The notes beneath the pieces were generated by a model. That model did no database searches. It saw only the letters and a list, made by a program, of their open reading frames with translations, and was not told the DNA's origin. Source: Amphiscolops sp. MND2022 (lineage: Eukaryota). From it: 64,000 nt of DNA. The stretch lies in the NCBI GenBank assembly GCA_964187785.1, contig OZ076409.1, positions 37,264,001 through 37,328,000 of the forward strand, given 5' to 3'. The position numbers and the translations under genes were made by a program. Positions 11,299 through 22,510 of this stretch are shown piece after piece. Numbering within the stretch: the first letter of the stretch is position 1; each line of letters begins with the position of its first letter.

Positions 11299-12458
11299 GA
11301 CTCAAGGTCACCTTGACGGCATGAATAATCATATTTTGATGCAATCTTATGTAAATTAGTTGTTGAATTACATTTATAATAATGATGTGAACTAGTACCA
11401 AAAGGTGCAAAACGCTGTACAAGCAGTTAATTTGAATGATGTTGATAACAACAATAGAAAGCAAGATGGCTACTCAAGTGAAAGGAAACGCGTTCAACTG
11501 GTACGCTGCTGCCGTCCAGTTGACGCATAGTCACTTTGCTTCTATCCAATCACGGCGCTACATTTAGTTATAGTTCAATGCCGTCATGCGGACGTTAGGT
11601 CCGATTAGTTAACGCATGTAGTATTAAACCTGTGGCAGCATGAAAATCACCGTTAACATGTAGTTGTTATTAACCAGTATGTTGCTTCTATTTATAGAAC
11701 CTATGACGTGTAGTCATATGACACCCAGTTACTATATTTAGAATTGTGATGTAATAGTTATTTTTAATAATGATGTCATTACTATTTTTAATCAATGACA
11801 CCCCAAATACCGTATGTCATGCTGTAGTTAGTATATATATGTAAGTTTCAAGTAATATTCAATCATTCAATACGATAATCTCAATACAAACCGTTCTGTT
11901 ATACGCTTTCAATTCAACAATCTACTATTGAACAAAACCTTCTTTTGATATGCCCTCAACTAGAAGACAAAAGGCGAAAGAGAAACGTTCAAGGCAATCC
12001 GACATAATGTCTGATATTGAAAATCTAGATGTGATGCTCGGAAATTATTCAAACACTGAAATTAGGGACCAAAACGCAGTAGATGAAATAGAGATTGACC
12101 CTGAGTCAAATAGACGGCATCAAGGTTTTAGCCATGAGGAAAGTAATTATAGGTCTCTTTTGAATGCAAATTTGAGTGAGAATAGTGAAGTTACAGTAGA
12201 AACCAGTAGAGCAATCAGTTCGGAAATTTCTTCACAAATGTCAAGGAAATTGGAAGAAATGAAATCTGACCTAAATTCCCATATTATGGAGGTAATAAAC
12301 TCTGCTATTGATGAGAAAATACTACCTAGCATCGAAAACGTCATAGTAAATCATAGGGAGCGCAAAAACACAAAGTTGGACCTTCGGTCAGATGGACGGC
12401 ATCCGAGTAGAAACGTCCCTATGGACCAGACTTTGGACCTTGGGTCATATGGACGGCA
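11299..12458. promoter_or_regulatory. Six motif copies upstream of and within the candidate LTR
   Basis: Copies at 11299(+), 11510(-), 11579(-), 12097(+), 12379(+) and 12436(+). Confidence 0.75.
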
Positions 12459-12598
12459 TAAAAATAAATTCAGCCAACAGGTCCAGGACTCAAGAGAGAA
12501 TTTTCCTAGACTAAACACAACAGTAAATAACCTTCCAAGTCATCAAATGGAATGTTCAGGAGATTCTGAACAGAGTGAAAATGAAGAAGGTTATGACA
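11815..12598 (+). repeat. Candidate 3' LTR (~784 bp)
   Basis: Bounded by the 6-bp inverted repeat TGTCAT...ATGACA (TG..CA), with a TATA-like TATATATAT at ~11832. The partner LTR is outside the window, so the 5' boundary is unverified. Confidence 0.55.
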
Positions 12599-12651
12599 GA
12601 GGGGACCCTATGGTGCCGTGTAGCATTGTGAACGACGAAAAAGCAGAGTGA
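11950..12651 (+). CDS. Gag-like N-terminal ORF beginning inside the LTR (reads through into the flank after 12598)
   Basis: MPSTRRQKAKEKRSRQ basic start and a coiled-coil-like segment (ISSQMSRKLEEMKSDL). The acidic end EEGYD coincides with the LTR end. The gag identity is inferred. Confidence 0.5.
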   Translation: MPSTRRQKAKEKRSRQSDIMSDIENLDVMLGNYSNTEIRDQNAVDEIEIDPESNRRHQGFSHEESNYRSLLNANLSENSEVTVETSRAISSEISSQMSRKLEEMKSDLNSHIMEVINSAIDEKILPSIENVIVNHRERKNTKLDLRSDGRHPSRNVPMDQTLDLGSYGRHKNKFSQQVQDSRENFPRLNTTVNNLPSHQMECSGDSEQSENEEGYDRGDPMVPCSIVNDEKAE

Positions 12652-14077
12652 GTGCATTTTAGACTTACTCCAGGAAGCTATGAACCTGAACAAATTAAAA
12701 GTGGACAGCTTGTGTGAGGGTGGAAGAAAAATCACTACTAACGTCTTTTTTCCGTAAAAACGCCAACCGATATTCAATTGAATAACTGGAAATAGTCTAA
12801 TCGAATTTTTGACATGTTATCATTGGTAAGAACCATGACAAACCATGGTTATCTTGTCAAGATCTTGCCACGACCTTGCCATGATCTTGACAAGTGTTCC
12901 ATGGTTAACCATGATTTAGCAGGATTAACCATGATCATGGTAAGCGTTTCATGGCTTCGAACACTGGAAAGCGGCTCGTAGTCATCTCATAAATCGATCT
13001 TCGTTTGCTCATTCATCACAAATATCATATCATTGACTGAACTTAGAACACATCTTGAAAAGTTGTGTGGGTTCCGATTAGTCAATTGGTGAAGTCTATG
13101 GCTCCGAGAATGAATTCTACGAACCGAATCTTGTTTTGAATAGTTTTCAAAAACTATAATCTACAAATAACTAGGTGAATTTTGCAAAGAAGGCCAAGTT
13201 TCACTGGACTTAAGCGCTGAAAGAAAAGAATCTCTTCTTAAGCAAACACAAACATTAGATATGTTCATCTCCAGTCTATTGGTAGCAGTCGCGAAATTTA
13301 CTTCGCGCTATAATTTATTGGATTCACAACCATCTTTTTGTGTCAAAAAACTTTATTCCACTAGCTGCTGTAAGTTTTACCTAAACCAACAACTGTGAAC
13401 CCGTACTAACAAAAATCAGACCTCAAGGACTGCCAAAGAGATTCCATAATATTGACAAGAACTGGTCAAGTCTTGGCCCAGCCCTTACAGGAGCCACTTT
13501 AAGCCCTAAAAGTCTTGGACCATTACTTACTAGTTCTGTGGACACCTAGGCCTAGACTGGCTAATCTTGAGGAGAAACGGGAAAAAGGAATTGGTATCAA
13601 AATATACGTCGTTAAAGCAGAAGACTACAATTCAAGAATATGTGCAATTCTCTTGATAAGAACGCAGGTCCTGGCGTCCTTTGTTTTTTGTATATTTCCA
13701 TTACATAGACAACATGGGAGGCTGGCATTATGACTTTAGTTCGTTGCATTAGATATAAAATGCCCTCTTACTCGAAACAAGCACAGATAGTTATGTTATA
13801 CATTGTCACTACATACTTGAAGCTAGTTGTGCAAAAACTGTAGCAAATATTCAACTGGATAACAGCATGTGACTTGGAAATGGAATATCTTTTAATGAGC
13901 TAAATGAAGACTTTTAGCATATATAGTAATTACGAGTGTATGATTTACTCCGCTGTCTATCAAAATCCAGAAAAGGACCTCGGTGAAACTTGCTTTCTTT
14001 TACTCGTGGCTCGCCCACTGAAAAACGCTGGCAAGTCTAACGCCGAGCAGGTGCGTCATTCATTCCCAATTACAGAG

Positions 14078-15053
14078 TGTGACAATCCTCCTCCTCTGAG
14101 TCCTCATTTGAAACTATTGTTGCGTCTAAATCTAATTCATTGCGGTATAAAGGTTTTGTAGGATGTCTTGAACCCTTCCGCTCAGAGGATCCAAGAGCAT
14201 AATCCCCGTCTTCTGTGTATGAATTTCCAATGTTTGATGCGCGAAATCCTGTAGACTTATCTGTTTTGGATCGCGACGGCTGTGCATTTTGGGTTTCTCT
14301 TGTTTCAGACCTAGTGTTTGTGGTTGTTGACAGACTCTTGTTAGTTGTGATACCTCTTAGAATAGTTTCTAGCTTATTGTCCATTTCTTCCCTCATTTTC
14401 ATGATTCTGTCATTATGTTTTTGTTTGAATATCTGTGTGCAAATTGGTATTTCATTGCTGGTTTGGCTGGTTTCGGTTAGTTGATTTTCTAAGCTAGTAT
14501 CACCTAAATCGTCTTGAACATTAACATTAGAATTAGTTAAAGTCTCATAACATATATTAGGTGTTCCAACTTGGGTATTATTTATTTCTCTCTCCGGGGA
14601 AGGTGTCTCTAGTCTCATAGATTGTCTATTTCTTCTATTTGCCATTTCCTCTCAGGTGAAAACATAAATTTGCAGAAAGAAAACGTTGAGTTTTCTACAA
14701 CAAGCTGGTAAAAATAATGTTCAATTGTTGGAAACAATTGTTTGAGAAACGTTTACAAACTGGGCAGAGGAAGTTTACTTATAAGGCAATTGCAATTGAT
14801 GAAGGTAAATCTTGAATGACTATTTTCCTATCGCACTTTCGGTCTCAAAAACAAAAGAATGACTCTCCTTTTCTGAGGGAGCCGTCGTAGGGAAAATACA
14901 AAAACAGACTGACATCCAGGGGACGTCATTCTATCTATTTCCTGCGAACATCATCGCATGACACTTAAAAGACACTTAACGGGCCTAGAAAACAACGCAC
15001 TATTGAAAATAACATATGATATCATACAAAGCTACTCCACATGTTGCTCAACA
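14078..15053 (-). mobile_element. Probable solo or remnant LTR of another Gypsy family, containing a gag-like N-terminal ORF (14645-14070)
   Basis: ORF MANRRNRQS... has a coiled coil (IMKMREEMDNKLETIL) and an acidic end terminating at ...TGTCACA (14078), the same architecture as 11815-12598. A TGTTG start at 15053 is possible. No TSD was found. Confidence 0.45.
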
Positions 15054-17976
15054 CTAGTTTTGTATAAGCTATACAGCGCAACTAGTCCTAGAGAAAACGC
15101 ATAATAATGAGTATACGTCACTATGTAAAGCATAGGATACCGTGTGCTGATAAAACGTACAGTGACGCAAAATGGTAATGTGCGAAAATGCATGATGACG
15201 TGTGTTCAAACTGCATAGTACCGCATAATGAAAATTGGTGAAAATGTTCATTACTACATAATTGTAATGGCAGTGATGCTCTAGTTCCAAAACTACATCA
15301 ACTAAAGGTGACCCAACTCGAAATCAAATTATCAATTTAACGCTAGCATCAAATCATTCGATTTTGATTGAGAAAAATATGTAAAGGTTACATGACGTCC
15401 AGTTAAGTATAAAATAAAATATATTTTCCAAGTTTAGGTGGAATTTGGATGCCTTCCGTTTGCTCATGGCGGCTTCATCGAAGCGCTGTGGCTCCGGCAC
15501 ACTGTAACTATGATTAACAGAAAATTTTTCGTAAAATGAATGTCTGCGTGCTCCCGAGATCCTCTTTCAAAATCCAAATGAAGACCTAACCGTCCCACTC
15601 CAAAAATTACTTTTTTGGTGGAATAGATGTGAAGTTAATTAATTAGGAAAGGAATTTTTCGTATCTAATTCCATCAATTAGCAGTAAATTTAGATATTAT
15701 TACATCAGAAAACTTTTTTTATCATTTTGTTCCTACAGAGTAGGGAATTTAGATCGTAATCCATCAGTGTAGTGATTTTTGGTGTTGTGGCACAAGATAA
15801 GAGTGATTATACATTATATTCCCGAGTAATGATTTCAAATTTTACGGCATCCAACGACGCATCCAAGAGCTGAATTTAGTGATTCCTAAAGTTCAGTTTA
15901 AAACTTCCGGTTATTCTTAGATGAAAAACATAGGTTCGTATGAAACAAGAATACCGGGGCTCTTTTCCAGGAAAAAGAAGATAAAACGAAACACTCCGGA
16001 AACTACCGAAGACTGGACGATGACTGATAAAGTTCTGCGATTTTTCGGAGACTGTAGCTATGCTTGTTAGTCCATGGAATCCTTGAGCTATCCTATCCGT
16101 CGGAAGACTTTGTAACGGCATCCAATGATCAACAAAATTTTGTCTTATGTTGAAAAATTCGTTCAAAACTGACGTGGCACTCGAACATGGTTTGGCAAAG
16201 TAGATTTCGTCAGCAGAAATTGTAAGAAAAAAAGATAGAGAAGCCCCCGCGAGAGGGAACGATAAGAAAAAGAGCGTGACAAGCACGAAAATAGTAAAAA
16301 AGACAGCAAACTGGCTGTATCCACGGTGTTTGCCTGCTGCAAATATGGTTTTGCAGGACTAGCTCGGAATTCAGCATGACGGCTTGAAGACCGCAGTACC
16401 AGTGCCCGAAAATTGTGCCCAGCCTGGTGCCATGCCGCCCGAATACCCATTAATTTCGTCAAACTGGACTTTATTGTCGTGATTGATGTATTCGTTGTAT
16501 TTGCTTGATTATTTTTTAGCTGCAGGGCTACCTCTACATTCGTTGTGCATTTACCCAGATTCCCGTTGATAAAATTCAGTTCCATACTACCTTGTTGTTC
16601 TTATGAGCTATTTACACGGTGGTTGCGAGAAGAAAGCACAATTCCTGTGATTCCTAGCAGTTACAGTCTGGTATCAGGTCAGAGAGCCTCTCTAGAGACG
16701 GTTCCCCCTCCTCGGGACCGGGTATCCTTAGGAGGACAAAGTGAGCTGATATCATGGTGGTTTGTTCCGGACCATATCCATGGTACCAGTTCCTCCACTC
16801 CAATGTTACGATACAATCGCTTAGCGCTTGCCGTTACACTTCGAATTCAAGCCTTATCCTGAGTGTCACTACGCGAAAAAATTTTGAAACTGAAAGAATG
16901 AGCTAAATTCTGTACAAAATTGTCCCAGATTTCCCGAAAGTTATGCAAGATGCTTGTCTAGATTAACATTAAGAAATTTCATGCAGGCAAAAATTTTACA
17001 AAGTCAAAAATACTCGAGACCGAACAAGTGAATTTGTTTCATGATTTCAGTGCGAATGCTACAAAGGAAATGGAAATTCTGTTGAGTTTGTTGGACTCAT
17101 GAACATTCTGCTTTGGATTAGCGTTGAAATTGATCAGATCTGAGCTCCATTTTTAAGCAGACAACAAAATTGGAGCGTTTCAAGTCTGCACTCGCTTAGA
17201 ATTAGGAGGCACAAACTGATTCAGATATGCTAAAAGGTTTGCTAATGAATTCCTTTTTACAAGCGCTTGCCGTTACTTTTGATGAAATGCAAAAAAAAGC
17301 GAAAAGGCCGCTGTGTCGAAAATGACCTAAAAGTGTCTTTGGTCTCTTGTAGTTTCGTAGATGTGGAAAAAATATATGGGGAGACCCTCTAGATTCTTAA
17401 TACTTTTTGGATCATAGGCTAGTTGACTGTAAAAAACGGACGTTCCATAGTGGAAATTATCATCTTCAGAATTTTTTTCAAAACGTCACTGTACAAGTCA
17501 AGCTTTTCTTCTTACAAAAAAGCGCCGACTGAAAATTAATCATAGTGAAACAAGCATGACTTAACAGCTTAGAGTTGTAACCAAGTTTAAAATGCATCTT
17601 ACAGATATTTTGGAAAAAGGCCACTGTAACATATTATTATGAAAAATGTGTCTTCTCATCAGCCAATAAAACAGGTACATAATCAAGCAGTTTCATCTAT
17701 AGCAGCTCAACATCGAGAGATTCGAAACTCCTCATCTTCAAAGTTTCGGGCTTTCTTATCGACGAGTTTTAGGCTCTGTAAATTTGACTATTCGTATTCG
17801 GGCACAAGTTTTATCAGATTGTTTTCACGTTTCAATGTCAGTAAAAAACCTCACTTTTCATGTGGAAATAAGAAACTAATTAATTTAGTTCTTCAAGAGC
17901 TCTGTTCTTTTAGGAAATAGCAAACTATGCAAAAATCGGTCAAAATTACTGCCTATTTTGCATTTCGTATAAAATT

Positions 17977-18330
17977 TGTTATACGGTTGATACCGTTATA
18001 GGTATTCAGTGAAACGCAAGAAAGGGAACGCCATTGCCCGAAAAGATACAGAAACCAGTTGAATTCCTGCCCAGAGAGATAACTCCACCGGGACCATCAT
18101 CCTTCTACTAAAAAAGTCCCGGAGAGAGAGGGGTAAACGTTTTACGGTTGATACCGATTGAACCTTACTCATCGAATTTCGGTCTAGACGTCCTGGCAAG
18201 TTGTTTACAAACAAATTTGAATGAAAAACTACTTCTATATTAATTATAGTTACTTGTATAGCTGAGTGTAATGAAAACAGACTGCTATCTTACAAACTGC
18301 ATTTTCATCCTAATAGCTTAGAATACAACA
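17977..18330 (+). repeat. LTR copy 1 (TGTT...AACA)
   Basis: Direct repeat of ~21857-22200; PBS-like TGGCGCA at 18331. Confidence 0.8.
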
Positions 18331-21300
18331 TGGCGCATTCAGCTAACTTTTAAACCAAATTGCAACGAACTTCTTATCACAAATCTTATAATGGCAGAAA
18401 GAAACATCGTACCGAGCAGCAAAAACTACGGACGGAAACCGGTAATCACACCAAAACAGTGGCTGGAAAAATTCCGGCAAACCTACAAACGAGAACACAG
18501 ATCAATTTTGCACCCTAACGGTAAAGAGAAAACCTCAAAAATACCGGATGGGACGGAAACGAACAAACAATACAAGAAGATTTTTTTGGGTGTGTGACCC
18601 AGAGCACTTTACCAAATAACTAGAGCAGAAAATAAAACGGAACCCACAATTAAAAAAATCTAATACAGTTGTTCACCGAGTACTACATGCCGAAACGTAA
18701 CACTTACCACAACCGAGGAGACCTCTTCTTTGCAAAATAAACCGGAGACGAAACACCGGAAGAATTCCGGAGACGACCAATCGAAATAGAAAAAGAGTGT
18801 AACTTCAATACAATGTACTAAAATTACTGAAATACATATGTGACCGCAATATCCGACAATGTTGCGGTACAATGTAATGCAAAACAACTGTGGAACTGAA
18901 AAAAAATAAGCCAAGTTATCGACGAGAACACGTATGAAAAAAAAACAAAAAGAAGACGCTACCGGAAGGTTTGATATCAACGAAAGAAAAACACGAAATG
19001 AAAGAAGAATGCATACAAAGAATGGAACGATTCAGAACAAGCTGAAGAACGAAAACTTTGATTTACCGACCATGCAGATTTTGTAGGGCTCCAAACTGGA
19101 CACCAATACATAAATGTGCCGCATTAAAAGTGAACTGCAAAAAATGCGGAAAGAAAGGACACTACGCGAAAGCATGCAGACAGAAATTCAACAACAGCCG
19201 AACAGAAAAAGAAATGAATGAACAGAACGAAGCAACAAGAGAATCAGATTAAAGCATTGATCACTTATGAGAAATCATAAAAATAGAAGAAACGAACACT
19301 TCACCGCGTCATAAAAACCAATGGGGAAAAGAAAAAATTTGTGAAGGATACCGGATCACCAATATCATCAATACCACCGGACAGAAGGATAATGAAATCT
19401 ACCGGAATACAGAAACTAACAAACCCATACCAACATACCGAGACGTGAAAAAAGTGAAGTGAAAATTCGGGGGAAAGTTCCAGTAAACATTGAATACGAA
19501 AATGCAAAACAAGAGAAAGAATTACTGATAAAAGAAAGAAATGATTTTACACCACTAGTAGGCATGAACTGGATGAAAAAATGTAAATTTACGATCAAAA
19601 GTACTCAAGTATTCACTTGGCCGAGAATAACCAATCAAAAACGGAAAAACATTCGACAGTTTTCCTGACTCATTTGAAAACATTGACACGATAAAAGATC
19701 GAATTTTGACTCGAAATAACCATTCAACGAAACCCAATCAAACAAAAAGCAAACCGTTACCACTACCTTTACAAAAAGATGTCGGACGAGAATCGGAGAA
19801 ACCCATGACTTGCAAGCATTTGGGGAAAACAAAAGATATAGAAGAAGATTGCTTTGTATCCTCGGTAGTGATTACGGTGAAAAGTGACCGCAAAAATTCC
19901 GGTCGGTAGAAAATCGGTAACAGTGGCAATGGGTTGATGAAAACTAAACGATAGTTGTATCAAAATTAAACCCAATATGCCGAATAGGCAAAAACTACTG
20001 AATCAGTTTTTGAAAGGAATTACACGTGACCGAACATTACATTTAATCATATGAAAGGTTGATTGGGACTACGCAGACGAGCCGATGAAACTATCCGATA
20101 GTCAGAGGAGACACGCCGACAATGCGTATTTGCGCTAACCGGAATAAAATTCAGCGGATATATAGACTCAGAAAAAGATTATATAGACTCGTGGATATAC
20201 CGACAAACCTTCGTTAGTTTGAAATTTACCGATTATGTTCAGAAATCAGGTAAAGGGCCCACGCCGGAAGATAAATAGGACAAAAATTACGTAATGAACA
20301 AATCAACCGAACAAACGAAATGGAACGTGAAACACGGACCTTTGTTCGTCAGCCAATCAAAAGACAGAAAACGCAAAACCGAAACAAAGAATGGTACATC
20401 GGGAACGAAAACTGAGACACGTACCAGTCAATCACTTTCGAATAGATTGTTTGAGAATGAATACAGCGTGATTAAAACTCAACAAAGTGAGAGAAATACA
20501 ACCGGACAATCTAAAATTAGCACGCCAAATTCAAGTCGCTTACCGAAAACAGATTCAAAAATTGTTCGAATTCAAAAGTTATCTGTTATAAGTCCGGACA
20601 TTACCGAGATGGACCGCGATATCTTTTACCACTGGGGCCCCACACACGAGATTATGGAAAATATCTGCGGGAGAAGCAACAGCCCGAGAACAGGCAGGAT
20701 AGTAGAACAAAGGAAGGCACTCTCATTACAGAAGACGCTACGAAGAAGGTACGACCCGCAGACACAAAGAACAGTGTTTGCACCCTCCCCCGCCAAAATA
20801 AACACAGCCGAGAAGAAACTGTAGAAATTGATGCATAATTGAGGCAACGGGTAAACAGATTGGGAGGCGGATACCGACAGATAGTAGAAGAACAGGAGAC
20901 CGAAAATCCGGATGAAGGGGAAACAGAAGACAGCTTCATACTCCGTGGTGATAACCTTAAGATAGTTGACTGGAGTAAATTCAACACAGAAGGGAAATAG
21001 GCCCACTAAATCCAGATATACCACATCGTGGGTTAGCTACCAAGCAAAAAGAAAGGAATTCATTCTCTCTTTATGCTAAACCTGAAGAGCCTCATCTCGA
21101 GAACCGCAATCGACCCGGAGCTTACAAGAGTGACAGGTAGCATGATAAAAAACGATCGACGGCTACAGACAAGTATTCGACAAGCTGTCGATAAAATGGG
21201 GACTGGTATTCGTGGATGAGAGAACTGTAGTTCTGGTGGATCTCGAAAGAAGGCTATTTGATATCTTACATTTCGGTCATGCCGGTAGAGTCAAGATGAC

Positions 21301-21856
21301 GTCCGAAGCGAAACCGTCTGGTGGCCGGCGATCAACAAGGTCACGACGTGTATTGCATGTTTTGCCACAGATAAAAATATAAATTATCAATAACCGAATA
21401 AGCACTAATGCGAACTAAAAAAAGGTAACCGAACCGGCCGTGTATTACAAACTGAGTTTACCGGAAAACTCCACAACAAAAAATTAAATGTAGACGAACA
21501 AGTTTTCATAGCCGTTGCCCGGTTCAGCAAATGGCCAACAGCGAAATTATGAAAACATCCAAAACTAAAGAATTGATAACATTTTAGTAAATAATTTTAA
21601 CTTGTACGGAAAACCGGAAAAAACTGAATCGGACACGGAGGAGCCTTTATAGCAAAAGGATATAAAAAATTTTGCAAAAACCGAAACACCGAACTTGAAC
21701 ATTGTATACCACGAATATTTTTAATAAAAAAATTTTCCTTGTACGGAATACCGGAAAAAAACTGAATCGGACACGGTGGAGCCTTTATAGCAAATGATTA
21801 CAAAGCACTTTGCAAAAACCGAAACATAGAACTTGAATATTGTATACCCCGAGTAC

Positions 21857-22200
21857 ATACCGTTAAATGTACTCCGTGGAACGCAAGAAAGGGAACGCCT
21901 TTGCCCGAAAAGAAACAGAAACCGGCTGACTTCCTGCCCAGAGGGATAACTCCAACGGGACCATCATCCTTCCTCTAAAGAAACTCGGAGAGAGAAGGGT
22001 AAATGTTTTACGGTTGATACCGAGTGAACGTTACTCACCGAGTTTCGGTCTAGACGTCCTGGCAAGTTGTTTACAAACAAATTCGAATGAAAAACTACTT
22101 CTATATTCATTATAGTTACTTGTGTAGCTGAGATAAGGTAATGAAAAAAGACTGCTATTCTACAAACTGCGTTTTCATCCTAATAGCATAGAATACAACA
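21857..22200 (+). repeat. LTR copy 2 (5' few bases missing)
   Basis: Aligns by eye with 17989-18330; followed by TGGCGCA and a second gag start. Confidence 0.8.
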
Positions 22201-22510
22201 TGGCGCAATCAGCTAAGTTTCAAACAAAACTCCAATGAATTTTTTGTCTTATTATCTTATAAAGGCAGAAAGAAAGAAACATCGTCCCGAGCATCGAAGC
22301 AAAAACTACGACGGAAAGACGGAAATCCGGTATTCACACTGAAACCTTGGCTGGAAAGATTCCGGCAGTTCTGCAAACGAGAACACAAGTTATTGCACCC
22401 TTGCTGAAAGGAAAAACACGTCACAAATACCGGATGGACCGGAAAAGAACAAGCAATACAAGAAGATTTGTTTTGGGGAGTGTGTCCCAGAGCCTTTTCT
22501 CACCACGCTA

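Larger units (their letters stand above)
1..12598 (+). mobile_element. Ty3/Gypsy LTR retrotransposon with extra genes (5' LTR and gag lie upstream of the window)
   Basis: Intact pol with PR-RT-RH-IN order. A shared 23-bp motif links pol, the intervening genes and the terminal region. The candidate 3' LTR ends ...TTATGACA at 12598. Confidence 0.85.
17977..22495 (+). mobile_element. Decayed Gypsy LTR retrotransposon (LTR-PBS-gag-pol remnants-LTR-PBS-gag start)
   Basis: Direct repeats at 17977-18330 and ~21857-22200, both ending AATACAACA and followed by TGGCGCA (PBS-like). Zinc knuckle CKKCGKKGHYAKAC (~19137), protease DTGSP (~19347), RT remnants, integrase LHFGHAG..CIAC. Many stops and frameshifts. 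Confidence 0.85.

Noticed and set aside
11705..11726. GAC-GTGTA-GTC-ATAT-GACACCC as another motif copy
   Set aside because: The second spacer is 4 nt and the tail differs; not counted.
12610..12619. TGGTGCCGTG resembling a tRNA-His primer-binding site
   Set aside because: Only 10 nt, 11 bases away from the LTR end, and no gag-pol follows; probably chance flank sequence.
16163..16862. GC-richer stretch with 105-140 aa ORFs as a possible host exon
   Set aside because: No recognisable domain or consistent splice model.
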